Assembly: GCF_963921235.1 (NCBI RefSeq) | Contig: NC_086097.1 | Location: 192,450,001 to 192,514,000 of the forward strand | Source: Mobula hypostoma | Lineage: Eukaryota | DNA: 64,000 nucleotides | Direction: 5' to 3' | Part shown: one piece after another, positions 14,240 through 25,834 of the stretch | Position numbering within the stretch: the first letter of the stretch is position 1 | Layout of the letters: each line of letters opens with the position of its first letter | The notes under the pieces: generated by a model | Told to the model about the DNA's origin: nothing | Database searches by the model: none | Seen by the model: the letters and a program-made list of their open reading frames with translations, nothing else | Position numbers and translations under genes: made by a program

Positions 14240-15225
14240 GATAGAAGCTTTATTGATCCCAAAGGAAATTATTGTGTCACAGTGGCATTACAAGTGCACA
14301 GATATAAATATTAGAAGAGAAGTAGAAAGATCATATAAGTTACCCTCCAATAGTCTAACAGGAGAGATTCATCATTTCCCTGGCTATAGGTTGACTGATT
14401 ATAGAGCCTAATGGCCAAGGGTAAGAATGACCTCATATCCCGCTCTTTGGAGCAGCATAGTTGTCTTAGTCTATTACTTAAAGTGCTCCTCTGTTCAGCC
14501 AAGGTGGTATGCAGAGGGTGAGAAACATTGTCCAGAATTGCCAGGATTTTCCGTAGGTTCTTTGTTCTACCATGGTCTCCAGTGTGTCCAGTCTGATGCC
14601 TACAACAGACCCAGGCTTATTAAATCAGTTTATTGAACCTGTTGGCATCACACATGTTGATGGCATTGCCCAAGCACTCCACTGCATAGAAGATTGTACT
14701 GCCAACAACAGACTGGTAGAACATGTGAAGGAAAGGCCTGCATACTTAAAAGGACCTCAGTTTCCTCAGGAAGTAAAGGCAACTCTGGCCCTTATCGTAC
14801 ATAGCCTCTGTGTTGGTGCTCCACTCAAGTCTGTCATCCAGGTGCAGCCCAGGTACTTGTAGGTCCTCACTACATCCATGTCTTCACTATCAATAGTAAC
14901 AGGGAGCAGTGCAGGCTTAGCCTTCCTAAAGTCCATCACCATCCCTTTTGTCTTACTGATGTTGAGCTGCAGATGATTCAACTTGCACTATTTGACAAAG
15001 TCCTCCACCACAGCCCTGTATTTATCCTCCCATCCTCCCTTTATACACACAACTGTAATCAGAGAATTTCTGAAGATGACATAACTCAGTGTTGCATCTG
15101 AAGTCTGACCTATACAGGGTAAACAGGATGGGAGCCAATACAGTCCCCTGTGGTGCCCCAATGCTGACACACAGCTCTGAAGCTACACAAACTGATCTGC
15201 CAGTCAGGTAGTCCATTATCCAGGA
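14240..15225 (-). mobile_element. Rex1/Babar-like LINE RT 3' fragment
   Basis: ORFs 15022-15216 (GAPQGTVLAPILFTLY..DFR...HLQKFSD), 14766-14981 (NHLQLNISKTKGMVMDFRK...YKYLG), 14311-14502. Confidence 0.85.
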
Positions 15226-15624
15226 CTACCTGACTATTGTTGTGTTCTCTATCTTTTGTTGTTTCATTTGGTGCTGCATTGAATCCAGAGTAACAATAAT
15301 CCGTTCTCCTTACAATCGTGTACAGAAAATAACAATAAACTATCTTGAATATCCTTACAGTATTGTCAAATCTTCAAATATACCATTTACCTTCCCCATT
15401 CACTGCACTTTGCATTTGCTGTCTGGCACTTCCTCAAGGAACTCCCTTAGTCTTCAGAATTGCAAAAGTTCTCTACCGCTTTCTATTTTTATTACTTAAT
15501 TTCAACTAGAGGAATAATTTATCAACCAGGTCATAAAACTGCAAATGGAAAATTGGTCACCATTATACAGCACCCACAGCTCAATTCTTATCATCTGTTG
15601 CCCCTGTTGAAAATTATGAGTGTT

Positions 15625-16012
15625 GGGTGGAGATGCATCTCTACCAAAGGAGGTGTAAGGTACTCCTTCCTTCCACTAGCCTGCAGGTCACCTTTGAGTA
15701 AGGTGTAGCACCTGCTTAGCACCCCCCACCTGCCCCCACCCTCCAATCAGGGTCATGTGAAGCCATGGGAGCAGTTGGTGGGTGGTCATATGAACAGCTA
15801 GTGCATATCACAAGTCCTGCTTATGCGACCACTGGCACAAGCATACAATCTGAGGAGTATTGATAATGGCTGGGATCACCCGACTTGTAAAGACACTGCC
15901 CAGAAGAAGGCAATGAAGAAGGCCACCTACAGAAAAATTTTCCAGAAACAATCATGATCAGAGACTGATTGCCCATGTCATTCAACACAACACATAGTGA
16001 TGATAATAGTGA
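15625..16012 (+). mobile_element. RTE-clade-related non-autonomous element/SINE
   Basis: 'cccagaagaaggcaatg...ccac' resembles the BovB/RTE 3' motif; ends in a (gat/aat)-like microsatellite tail. Confidence 0.45.
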
Positions 16013-16837
16013 TTGAAAATTAAAATAGTTTTCCGGTATATACTCCTGTCTCACTGTTTTTTCATGAATATCAACCCACTTTTTAAGCTTAGCTGTTTTT
16101 CCCTTTCTCTCAGGTGCTCCAGCTGAAAGGTGCCTGTTTTCTTTTTGCCAATAACTTGGAGAATTTTGGCATATTTAAGAAGTTCTTTGAGATACTCTTC
16201 ATATAAACCTTGCTGTCTCTTAATCTCTTCATTACTTTACCATGTCTCTTTTCCATCAATGCAGGCAAATAATACAGCACAGAATTCGCAAGGCCATTTC
16301 AATTAATGTATTAATGCATTATGTCTATTTTCCAAAAGTTTACTAATTAAAAGACTGCTATAATAGTGAGTATTATAGAAGTTTGTTTACCGTGATGAGG
16401 TATTTGGCAAAAGGGGCTGCAAGAGAGAGAGTAATAAAGTTCAGTAATCAAATGACCCAGAAAGTACTGAACTATTTTATACAAGTTCGTTTTCCTTTTG
16501 TGAATTTTTAAACTTTGATATATTTGCAATTTGTAAATGTTAGTTTTAGCGCCTTTACTCAGTTAACAGTGATTTTGTTTCTTGGTTAGTGACATTTGAG
16601 CCAATCAGGTGCACATGTGATGCACACTTAGCGTAAGTGATAATTAAGTATGATATTCTGAAGTGTGATGTTTTGATGTGTCACATTTCCCACAGTCTTT
16701 TAGTTATATAAATACATTGAAAACTATTACAGAATTGGTGGGAGGTTAATAAACATGACTGTGAAATACCTCACCAGGGCACACATACTCCCGTATCATC
16801 CTTTTCTTTTTTCTTTAAGTAGTGAACTTTTGGAAAT

Positions 16838-17630
16838 TCAATGTTCAAGGTAACGTTTATTATCAAAGTATGTACACGTTATACAACCTTGAGCTTCGTC
16901 TCCTTACAGGCAGCCACAAAGCAAAGAACCCCAAAAGAACCAAATTAACAAAGGAAGACTGTCAAACATGCAATGTGCAGAGAGAATAAAAACAAATCAT
17001 GCAAACAATAAAAGTAAGCAAATAGTATTCTGAATGAAAGCCAGTTCACAAACATGAAACCTGGAGCAGCCAGAGCAAGCCACAGGCCACAGCCTCAGCT
17101 CAGTAATGAGCAGAGTTAATGTTACGGAGAGGCGAGCAAAACCAATGCGACCCTCACCTCTTGTCCTTTTCAATCCATTTGACCCAGTGTTTAAATCATC
17201 CAAACATCATGTCATTCCTCGGTCAAGGTCTTGGGCCCTGTCTCATTGATACAGACTGAGTCTAGAACCTGCTGCCACATTTCGACCCGTACGCAACCTT
17301 TCAAAATCAGCCTGGTGCTAAGATTGATGAAACCTCACTCTTGGTTTAGGTGGACGAATCTGCCTCCCCTCCACTCCAGCCTTGCTCCGCTTCATTTGTC
17401 CCGACTTTGCCTCAACCATGCTTCAACTTCACCTCCACAGCCTCACACTCCATGCTACGGCCCTCAAGTCAGTTTCGTTTTTGCACGACCCTCCCTTGTT
17501 TGTGGTGATTGTTTACCATAAATTTTACCAGAAAAAGTATAATTAATGAGGCATTTAGTTATATTCTTTGTTTTGTTTGCAGCAGATAAGTCATAGCTGA
17601 GCTTCACCAATGCCATCTTAAGCCAGAAAT
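16838..17630 (-). mobile_element. Non-autonomous non-LTR element with 5' ttctgg..taagatggc head and aataaa..ttgaa tail
   Basis: Ends resemble those of 35629-36365; no coding capacity. Confidence 0.45.
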
Positions 17631-17949
17631 TAAGCAGCATAATAGATTAATTCATTTAATAAAGTGGTAAATTTTCTAATTATTCATGGAAATTCTTTAT
17701 GGCTATTTTGTGGCAGCATTATTTGCCAGTAAATTTTCAACCAACCTGAAACAAAATTATCCTAGCCAAATTTTCAATTCTCATACCACGGCACTCAACT
17801 AATATGATCATTCAAATATACAAAAGGGTTTTTATTTTTACAATAAAAATCAAAGATATAAAAGAACAATTTTAAATTTAATTAGGTTATGACGCAGGTT
17901 TTACTTATCTTCGCCTTTTGGTCTTGTTGTCTGGACTTGTATCACTTTT

Positions 17950-18545
17950 ATAAGACCATGAGACATAAGAGCAGGATTAGGCCATTCAGCCAATTGAGTC
18001 TGCTCCACCATTTCATCATGATTGATTTATTATCCCTCTCAACCCCATTCTCCTGCCTTCTTTGATGCCCTGTCTCATCAGGAACCTATCAACCTCCGAT
18101 TTAAATATACCCAATGACTAGGCCTCCAAGCCATCTGCGACAATGAATTCCAAAGATTCACAACCCACTGTCTAAAGAAACTTCTCCCTACCTCTGTTTA
18201 AATGGATGTCCCTCTATTGTGAGGCTGTGCCCTTTGGTCCTTGACTGCCCCACTACAGGAAACCTCCCCTCTACACCCATTCTCTCTGGGCTTTTCAATA
18301 TTCGATAGGTTGCAATAAGATAACCCCTCATTCTTCTAAACTCCAGTGAGTACAGGCCCAGAGCCATCAAGCAATCCTCGTACATTAACCCTTCCATTTC
18401 TGGAATCTTTCTCGTGAACCTGCTCTGGACCCTCTCCAATGCCAGTACATCTTTTTTCAGATAAAGGGTCTAGGCTTCTCACAATACTTGAGGTACAGGC
18501 TAACAATGCCTTATAATGTCTTGGCATTACAATCCTTGATTTTTA
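17950..18545 (-). mobile_element. CR1 LINE 3' fragment
   Basis: ORF 18188-18439 (ERVQSRFTRKIPEM...LGLYSLEFRRMRG); 3' UTR like that at 20497-20700. Confidence 0.9.
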
Positions 18546-18839
18546 CTGCTTTCCAGTTAATATAATAAACTTTAAATAGTCTTTTATCTAGGTCAACTTT
18601 AAACTTATCCTGATTTTTTTTCTCCATTTTCTTTCAGGGAAATAATGGAACTGGCAATTTAATAACACCATTTACATTGTCTCAGAGCATTTTCCACTTC
18701 AGAAATATCTCACAGACTTTAATGATTTGTAATATAGGAAACGCTACAAGCAATTTTGTATGCATCAAGCTCCCCAAAACACCAGTGATGATGAATAATA
18801 TATTTTCCCCCAAGGATAAATCCTCACTTTTGATCAAAA

Positions 18840-19038
18840 TATTTTCATGGGATATTTTGTATCTTCTTAAGATAGCAGATCAAGTCTGGGTTTAACTGTT
18901 CATCCATTACCAATGGTAAAGCATTGCACGGGATGTCAGCCCAGATCTCTGCACTCATTGGTCTGAAGAGAGACTTGAATCCATAAACTTTCATCTTGGC
19001 AGGTAAGTGTGCTAACCACTGAGCTGTAACTGACATTG
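18840..19038 (-). mobile_element. tRNA-derived SINE, degraded (DeuSINE/SacSINE-like)
   Basis: Minus strand reads cagctcagtggttagcacact (A box-like)...ggattcaagtc (B box-like)...atctgggctgaca. Confidence 0.5.
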
Positions 19039-19343
19039 AGGAAAGGTTGTAAATTTCACAAAAATTTCTTTTGTAAGCTAAACACTGCCTCTGAAGACTG
19101 ACCTAGTCATGTCATAGAATCCCTGATGTGTAAGATCTGTCAGCCACTGAGGGATGTTGCTGGATGAATAAGTTCATCAGTGATTACTCCGACTGGATTT
19201 TTTTCCAGTCGCCTTGTCTGTGCTTCACTCAAGACCACAATTTATTGTACTGTATGCGTTGTAGTTAGGACATCATACCTTTGTAAAAGGGCTAGTGACT
19301 TCATTGGCATGCAGTTCATGAAGAGCAAACCTCTTTAAGAATG

Positions 19344-20061
19344 CATCCCACATCAAAGTTGCTGGTGAACGCAGCAGGCCAGGCAGCATCTCTAGGAAGA
19401 GGTGCAGTCGACGTTTCAGGCCGAGACCCTTCGTCAGGACTAACTGAAGGAAGAGTGAGTAAGAGATTTGAAAGTTGGAGGGGGAGGGGGAGATCCAAAA
19501 TGATAGGAGAAGACAGGAGGGGGAGGGATGGAGCCAAGAGCTGGACAGGTGATAGGCAAAAGGGATACCAGAGGATCATGGGACAGGAGGTCCGGGAAGA
19601 AAGACGGGGGGGGGGGGACCCAGAGGATGGGCAAGGGGTATATTCAGAGGGACAGAGGGAGAAAAAGGAGAGTGAGAGAAAGAATGTGTATATAAAAATA
19701 AGCAACAGATGGGGTACGAGGGGGAGGTAGGGCATTAGCGGAAGTTAGAGAAGTCGATGTTCATGCCATCAGGTTGGAGGCTACCCAGACAGAATATAAG
19801 GTGCTGTTCCTCCAACCTGAGTGTGGCTTCATCTTTACAGTAGAGGAGGCCGTGGATAGACATGTCAGAATGGGAATGGGATGTGGAATTAAAATGTGTG
19901 GCCACTGGGAGATCCTGCTTTCTCTGGCAGACAGAGCGTAGGTGTTCAGCAAAGCGGTCTCCCAGTCTGCGTCGGGTCTCGTCAATATATAAAAGGCCAC
20001 ATCGGGAGCACTGGACGCAGTATATCACCCCAGCCGACTCACAGGTGAAGTGTTGCCTCAC
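19344..20061 (-). mobile_element. Young 5'-truncated PLE: GIY-YIG endonuclease C-terminal ORF plus 3' UTR/pLTR, 11-bp TSD
   Basis: ORF 19735-20061 (GVIYCVQCSRCGLLYIDETRRRLGDRFAEH); TSD ctttaagaatg at 19333-19343 and 20062-20072. Confidence 0.93.
19406..19441 (-). ncRNA. Minimal type-I hammerhead ribozyme motif, intact core
   Basis: Minus strand AGUC CUGACGA AGGGUCUCGGCCU GAAAC GUC GACU: conserved CUGANGA and GAAA, GUC cleavage triplet, helix I AGUC/GACU, short helix II, palindromic ACGU helix III. Confidence 0.85.
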
Positions 20062-20496
20062 CTTTAAGAATGTACAAGTTGGTCACAAATATTCAGAGAC
20101 TTAATAGTTGGTTTATAACCACAACAATAGATTACTGACGTAATGTTAATAATACATTCAACGTTATCCTTAAATATGTTGCCGTTCAGAAAACAAAACA
20201 GAAATATGCTTCTATTTAAGTTAAATCTGCAATAATGCTACCTTCAATGGAAATACTTTTATTACTTTGATTATTTCTGATATGAATTCTCAGTTGTCTG
20301 CAGTACAAGTCGGCTGCCGGTAACAAAACAGATATAAGTGCAAATTATTTTTAAATTCTTGTGCCTGCAAATGAATGAAAAAATATTTCTCTTCTTTAAT
20401 GAAAGCTCTCTCTTCCTATTATTTTACACTGGTCTAGCTAATACAAATCCTGCTTGTTTAACTCTTACCACAGCAGAAGTTTTTGATAAATTAATA

Positions 20497-23400
20497 ACCA
20501 TAAGACCATAAGACAAAGGAGCAGAAGTCGGCCATTCGGCCCATCGAGTCTGCTCCGCCATTTTATCATGAGCTGATCCATTCTCCCATTTAGTCCCACT
20601 CCCCCGCCCTCTCACCATAACCTTTGATGCTCTGGCTACCCAGATACCTATCAATCTCTGCCTAAAATACACCCAATGACCTGGCCTCCACTGCTGCCCG
20701 TGGCAACAAATTTCATAGATTCACCACCCTCTGACTAAAAAAATTTCTTCGTATTTCTGTTCTGAATGGGCGCCCTTCAATCCTTAAGTCATGTCCTCTC
20801 GTACTAGACTCCCCCATTATGGGAAACAACTTTGCCACATCCACTCTGTCCATGCCTTTCAACATATAAGGTCTCCCCTCATTCTTTGAAACTCCAAGGA
20901 ATTTTCAAGGAATTCTTTGAAAGTCCAAGAGTGGACAAACGTCCCTCATATGTTAACCGTCTCATTCCCTGAATCATTCTAGTGAATCTTCTCTGTACCC
21001 TCTCCAACGTCATCACATCCTTTCTTAAATAAGGAGACCAAAACTGCCCACAGTACTCCAAGTGAGGTCTCACCAGTGCCTTATAGAGCCTCAACATCAC
21101 ATCCTTGCTCCTATACTCTATTCCTCTAGAAATGACTGCCAACATTGCATTCATCTTCTTCACTACCGACTCAGCCTGGAGATTAACCTTAAGGGTATCC
21201 TGTACTAGGACTCCCAAGTCCCGTTGCATCTCAGAACTTTGAATTCCTTCCCCATTTAAATAATAGTCTGCCCATTTATTACTTCTGCCAAAGTGCATAA
21301 CCATACACTTTCCAACATTGTACTTCATTTGCCACTTCTTTGCCCATTCTTCTAATCTATCCAAGTCTCTCTGCAGACTCTCCGTTTCCTCAGCACTACT
21401 GGCCCCTCCACCTATCTTCGTATCATCAGCAAATTTAGCCACAAAGCCATCTATTTCATAATCCAAATCGTTGATGTACAATGTAAAAAGAAGCGGCCTT
21501 AACACGGACCCCTGTGGAACACCATTGGTAACCGGCAGCCAACCAGAATAGGATCCCTTTATTCCCACTCTCTGTTTCCTGTCAATCAGCCAATGTTCTA
21601 TCCACGTATGTAACTTTCCCATAATTCCATGGGCTCTTATCTTGTTAAGTAGCCTCATGTGTGGCACCTTGTCAGAGGCCTTTTGAAAATCCAAATATAC
21701 AACATCCACTGCATTTCCCTTGTCTAGCCCACTGGTAATTTCCTCAAAAAATTGTAATAGGTTTGTCAGGCAGGATTTTTCTTTAAGGAATCCATGCTGA
21801 GTTCTGCCTGTCTTGTCATATGCCTCCAGGTACTCTATTAACCTCATCCTTGACAATCGACTCCAACAACTTCCCAACCATGGATGTCAAGCTAACAGGT
21901 CTATAATTTCCTTTTTGCTTCCTTGCCCCCTTCTTAAGTAGCGGAGTGACATTTGCAATCTTCCAGTCCTCCGGAACCATGCCAGAATCAGTCTACATTT
22001 GAAAGATCATTGCTAATACCTCCGCAATCTCCACAGCTACTTCCTTCAGAACACGAGGGTGTATTCCATCTGGTCTGGGAGATTTATCTACCTTTAGACT
22101 ATTCAGTTTCCTGAGTACTTTTCTGTCGTAATTGTGACTGCGCACACTTCTCTTCCCTGCCACCCTTGAGTGTCCGGTATACTGCTGATGTCTTCCTCAG
22201 TGAAGCCTGATGCAAAATACTCGTTCAGTTCCTCTGCCATCTCTTTATCTCCCATTACAATTTCTCCAGCATCATTTTCTATCGGTCCTATATCTACTCT
22301 CACCTGTCTTTTACTCTTTACATACTTGAAAAAACTTTTAGTATCCTCTTTGACATTATTTGCTAGTTTCCTTTCATAGTTAATCTTTTCCCTCTTAATG
22401 ACCTTCTTAGTTTCCTTTTGTAAGGTTTTAAAAACTTCCCAATCCTCTGTCTTCCCACTAATTTTTGCTTCCTTGTATGCCCTCTCCTTTGCTTTAACTT
22501 TGGCTTTGACTTCTCTTGTCAACCACGGTTGCATCCTTTTTCCATTCAAAAATTTCTTCTTTTTTGGAATATACCTGTCTTGCACCTTCCTCACTTCTTG
22601 CATAAACTCCAGCCACTGCTGCTCTGCTGTCTTTCCCGCCAGTGTCCTCTTCCAGTCAATCATGTAATGATCACTGCCTCCTAAGGGTTCCTTCACCTCA
22701 ATCTCTCTAATCACCTCCAGTTCATTACACAGTACCCAATCCAGTACAGCCGATCCCCTAGTGGGCTCAACAACAAGCTGTTCTAAAAAGCCATCTTGCA
22801 GACATTCTACAGATTCTCTCTCTTGAGGTCCAGTGCCGACCTAATTTTCCTAATCCACTCGCATGTTAAAATCCCCTACAATTATCATAACACTGCCCTT
22901 CTGACAAGCCTTTTCTATTTCCTGTTGTAATTTGTAGTCCACATCCCCACAGCTGTTTGGAGGCCTATAAATAACTGCCATCAGGGCTCTTTTACCCCTG
23001 CAATTTCTTAGCTCAACCCATAAAGATTCTGCACCTTCCGATCCTATATCACCTCTTTCTAATGATTTAATATCATAGCCACGCTTCCCCCTCTGCCTAC
23101 CTTCCTATCCTTCCGATACACCATGTATCCATGTATCCTTGGACGTTCAGCTCCCAGAGACATGCATCCTTTAGCCACATCTCGGTGATGGCCACAATAT
23201 CATACCTGCCAATCTGTAGCTGTACGACAAGATCATCCACCTTATTTCTTATGCTGTGTGCATTTAAGTACAACACCTTAAGACCAGTATTTGATACTTT
23301 TCGCTTTGATTTCACTGCAACTTTATTGCACTGCAACTCATCCCAATGGCTACAAATTTGCCCCATCACCTGCCTGTCTTTCCTGACATCTTTACTGCTC

Positions 23401-23518
23401 ACCATCTTAGATTTATTTCTGTTTTCCCCTTCCTCTGCTCCGTCGTTCGGGTTCCCATCCCCCTGCCAAATTAGTTTAAAGCCTCCCTAACTGCTCTATT
23501 AAACTTTCCCGCCAGGAT
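20497..23518 (-). mobile_element. CR1 LINE ORF2 (APE endonuclease plus RT), with internal deletions and frameshifts
   Basis: ORFs 23097-23405 (LKVLYLNAHSIRNK...AITEMWL), 22103-22714, and 20879-21877 (GVPQGSVL..LFTLYINDLD...KFADDTK); (ccataaga)n tail at about 20497. Confidence 0.95.
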
Positions 23519-23618
23519 AACAGATAGAAGTACTGCAGAAATCATAAAATGAAGTATTTGGGGCATGAAAAATAATTATTGTTGAAATGCAAAATGACAG
23601 GGAAACTGATTCACTTTA

Positions 23619-23680
23619 TTGTGTGTGTGTGTGTATATATATGTGTGTGTGTGTGTGTAATATATGTGTATATATAATAT
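23619..23680. repeat. (TG)n/(TA)n compound microsatellite
   Basis: Directly visible. Confidence 0.95.
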
Positions 23681-24394
23681 TAGAAGTAACAATTATAATT
23701 TTGGATATGGTCAGTTATGAATCATGACTGTGCTGAGTTGTTCCTGGCAGAAATGCTGGTAAAGAAGCATTAACAGCCCTTCACATCTGATTTACTGGCC
23801 TCAGATTAGGAAGAACTGATACCTGTCCAATTGACTAATACCATTCTCTGTAAATGCTCACACTGAATTATGGACACTTACATTCGAAAATGTGTTACTT
23901 ATTATAGAATTGTATCATATAAAAAGACAACAGGCTGACAGCAATGCCCCAACATGAAGGTGGGGGTCCTGTCACTTGTGTAGCTAACAGGCTTCAGCTC
24001 CACAAAAGCTTTTAATAAAAGTTCAGTTATCTAATATTTTTTAAATTTATTTCATATTATACAAAATATGTGTGCACTTTAGAATAGGAGATGCATAACA
24101 TATATACCAGATGAAAAAATATCCAATAGTAAAGAGGGAAAAGGAAATGTCTTCAGTCTATATGAAAATATATTCAATGGGACTGATTAAATTCAAGGTC
24201 ATTTGCTTTATGAATTGACCATATTTAGGTGATTAATTAAGCCACAAATGGAAAACTAAACACTGCTTTTTTTTTATTGGTTGTAGTACTTGGCTGTCAT
24301 TACCCAGAATCTCATCTATTGTAATCCTTAAAGTAGAGCATTCTATCTTCTAAAGAAATATGTAAATTGAAGAGAAATGATACAAATATCTTAT

Positions 24395-25357
24395 AGTGTA
24401 TAAGATGATGAGTGGCATTGATCGTGTGGATAGTCAGAGGCTTTTTCCCAGGGCTGGAATGGCTAGCACGAGAGGGCATGGAAGGTGCTTAGAAGTAGTG
24501 TACAGAGGAGGTGTCAGGGTTAAGTTTTTTACACAGAGAGTGGTGAGTGTGTGGAATGGGCTGCTGGCGATGGTGGTGTGGGCGGATAAGATAGGGTCTT
24601 TAATGAGACTCCTGGACAGGTACAAGGCCTTGGTGAGACCACACCTGGAGTATTGTGTGCAGTTTTGGTCCCCTAATCTGAGGAAAGACATCCTTGCCAT
24701 AGAGGGAGTACAAAGAAGGTTCACCAGATTGATTCCTGGGGTGGCAGGACTTTCATATGATGAAAGACTGGATGAACTAGGCTTATACTCGTTGGAATTT
24801 AGAAGATTGAGCGGGGATCTTATTAAAACGTATAAAATCCTAAAGGGATTGGACAGGCTAGATGCAGGAAGATTGTTCCCGATGTTGGGGAAGTCCAGAA
24901 CAAGGGGTCACAGTTTGAGGATAAAGGGGAAGCCTTTTAGGACTGAGATTAGGAAAAACTTCTTCACACAGAGAGTGGTGAATCTGTGGAATTCTCTGCC
25001 ACAGGAAACTGTTGAGGCCAGTTCATTGGCTATATTTAAGAGGGAGTTAGATATGGCCCTTGTGGCTACGGGGGTCAGGGGGTATGGAGGGAAGGCTGGG
25101 GCGGGGTTCTGAGTTGGATGATCAGCCATGATCATAATAAATGGCGGTGCAGGCTCGAAGGGCCGAATGGCCTACTCCTGCACCTATTTTCTATGTTTCT
25201 ATGTACATGGAGCTCAGAAAAACGGAGGGCTATGGGTAACCATATGTAATTTCTAAGTTAATTACATAGAGAGAGAGAGAACATAATTACATGTTCAGCA
25301 CGGCTTTGTGGGCTGAAGGGCATGTATTGTGCTGTAGGTTTTCTATGTTTCTATGTC
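24395..25357 (+). mobile_element. Two nested CR1 3' ends (one subfamily at about 24620-25205 inserted into another)
   Basis: ORF 24396-25112 repeats the CR1 C-terminal motif set twice; the host resumes at gtacatggagctcag (25203); two (ttctatgt)n tails. Confidence 0.88.
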
Positions 25358-25834
25358 TGAATATTGTTTGATTGAAATGAAGATATCAGACCAAAAATAT
25401 CCCCCGCAGGATGTGCTTGTTTTGCTAATCTGGCATCATACTTCATTTATTTTGTTGGACTGATATCGGGTCAAAAAGATCTGTAAAACCTTTTAGCAAG
25501 AAAATACAAAATGGTCCAAGTCTGTGATTAAACAGGGTTTGCAGCTTTGTCGCTGTATTGGTTCCTGAAGGTTGTTATAGACGGGGGTGGTAATGGGGAT
25601 AAGCTGCTACTACCTAGTAAGTGTTCCCAGTGGCAGTGTTGCAAATAGCCTCTGATAGCTGACAACCAAGACCAGCTCCTGGCCTTCAAGAATGGATTAG
25701 CTACTGAGACCTGCAGAACCATTTCTATTGACAGCAGGAAGAGCAAAGGTTGGTTACCGGTACCTTAAAAGCAGCTCCTTTGGGCAGATGAACTCTGAAC
25801 ACAAATCTCCAATGCCTTGCAGCTATACCCACTC

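Noticed and set aside
18840..19038. tRNA gene
   Set aside because: Only degenerate A/B boxes followed by SINE body; no cloverleaf.
20879..21877. 332-aa RT ORF as an intact LINE
   Set aside because: It is frameshifted relative to upstream ORF2 segments, ORF1 is missing and the C-terminus is disrupted.
24396..25112. 238-aa ORF as a gene
   Set aside because: It is a chance in-frame fusion of two nested CR1 3' ends (junction near gtaca at 24620); it has no RT core.
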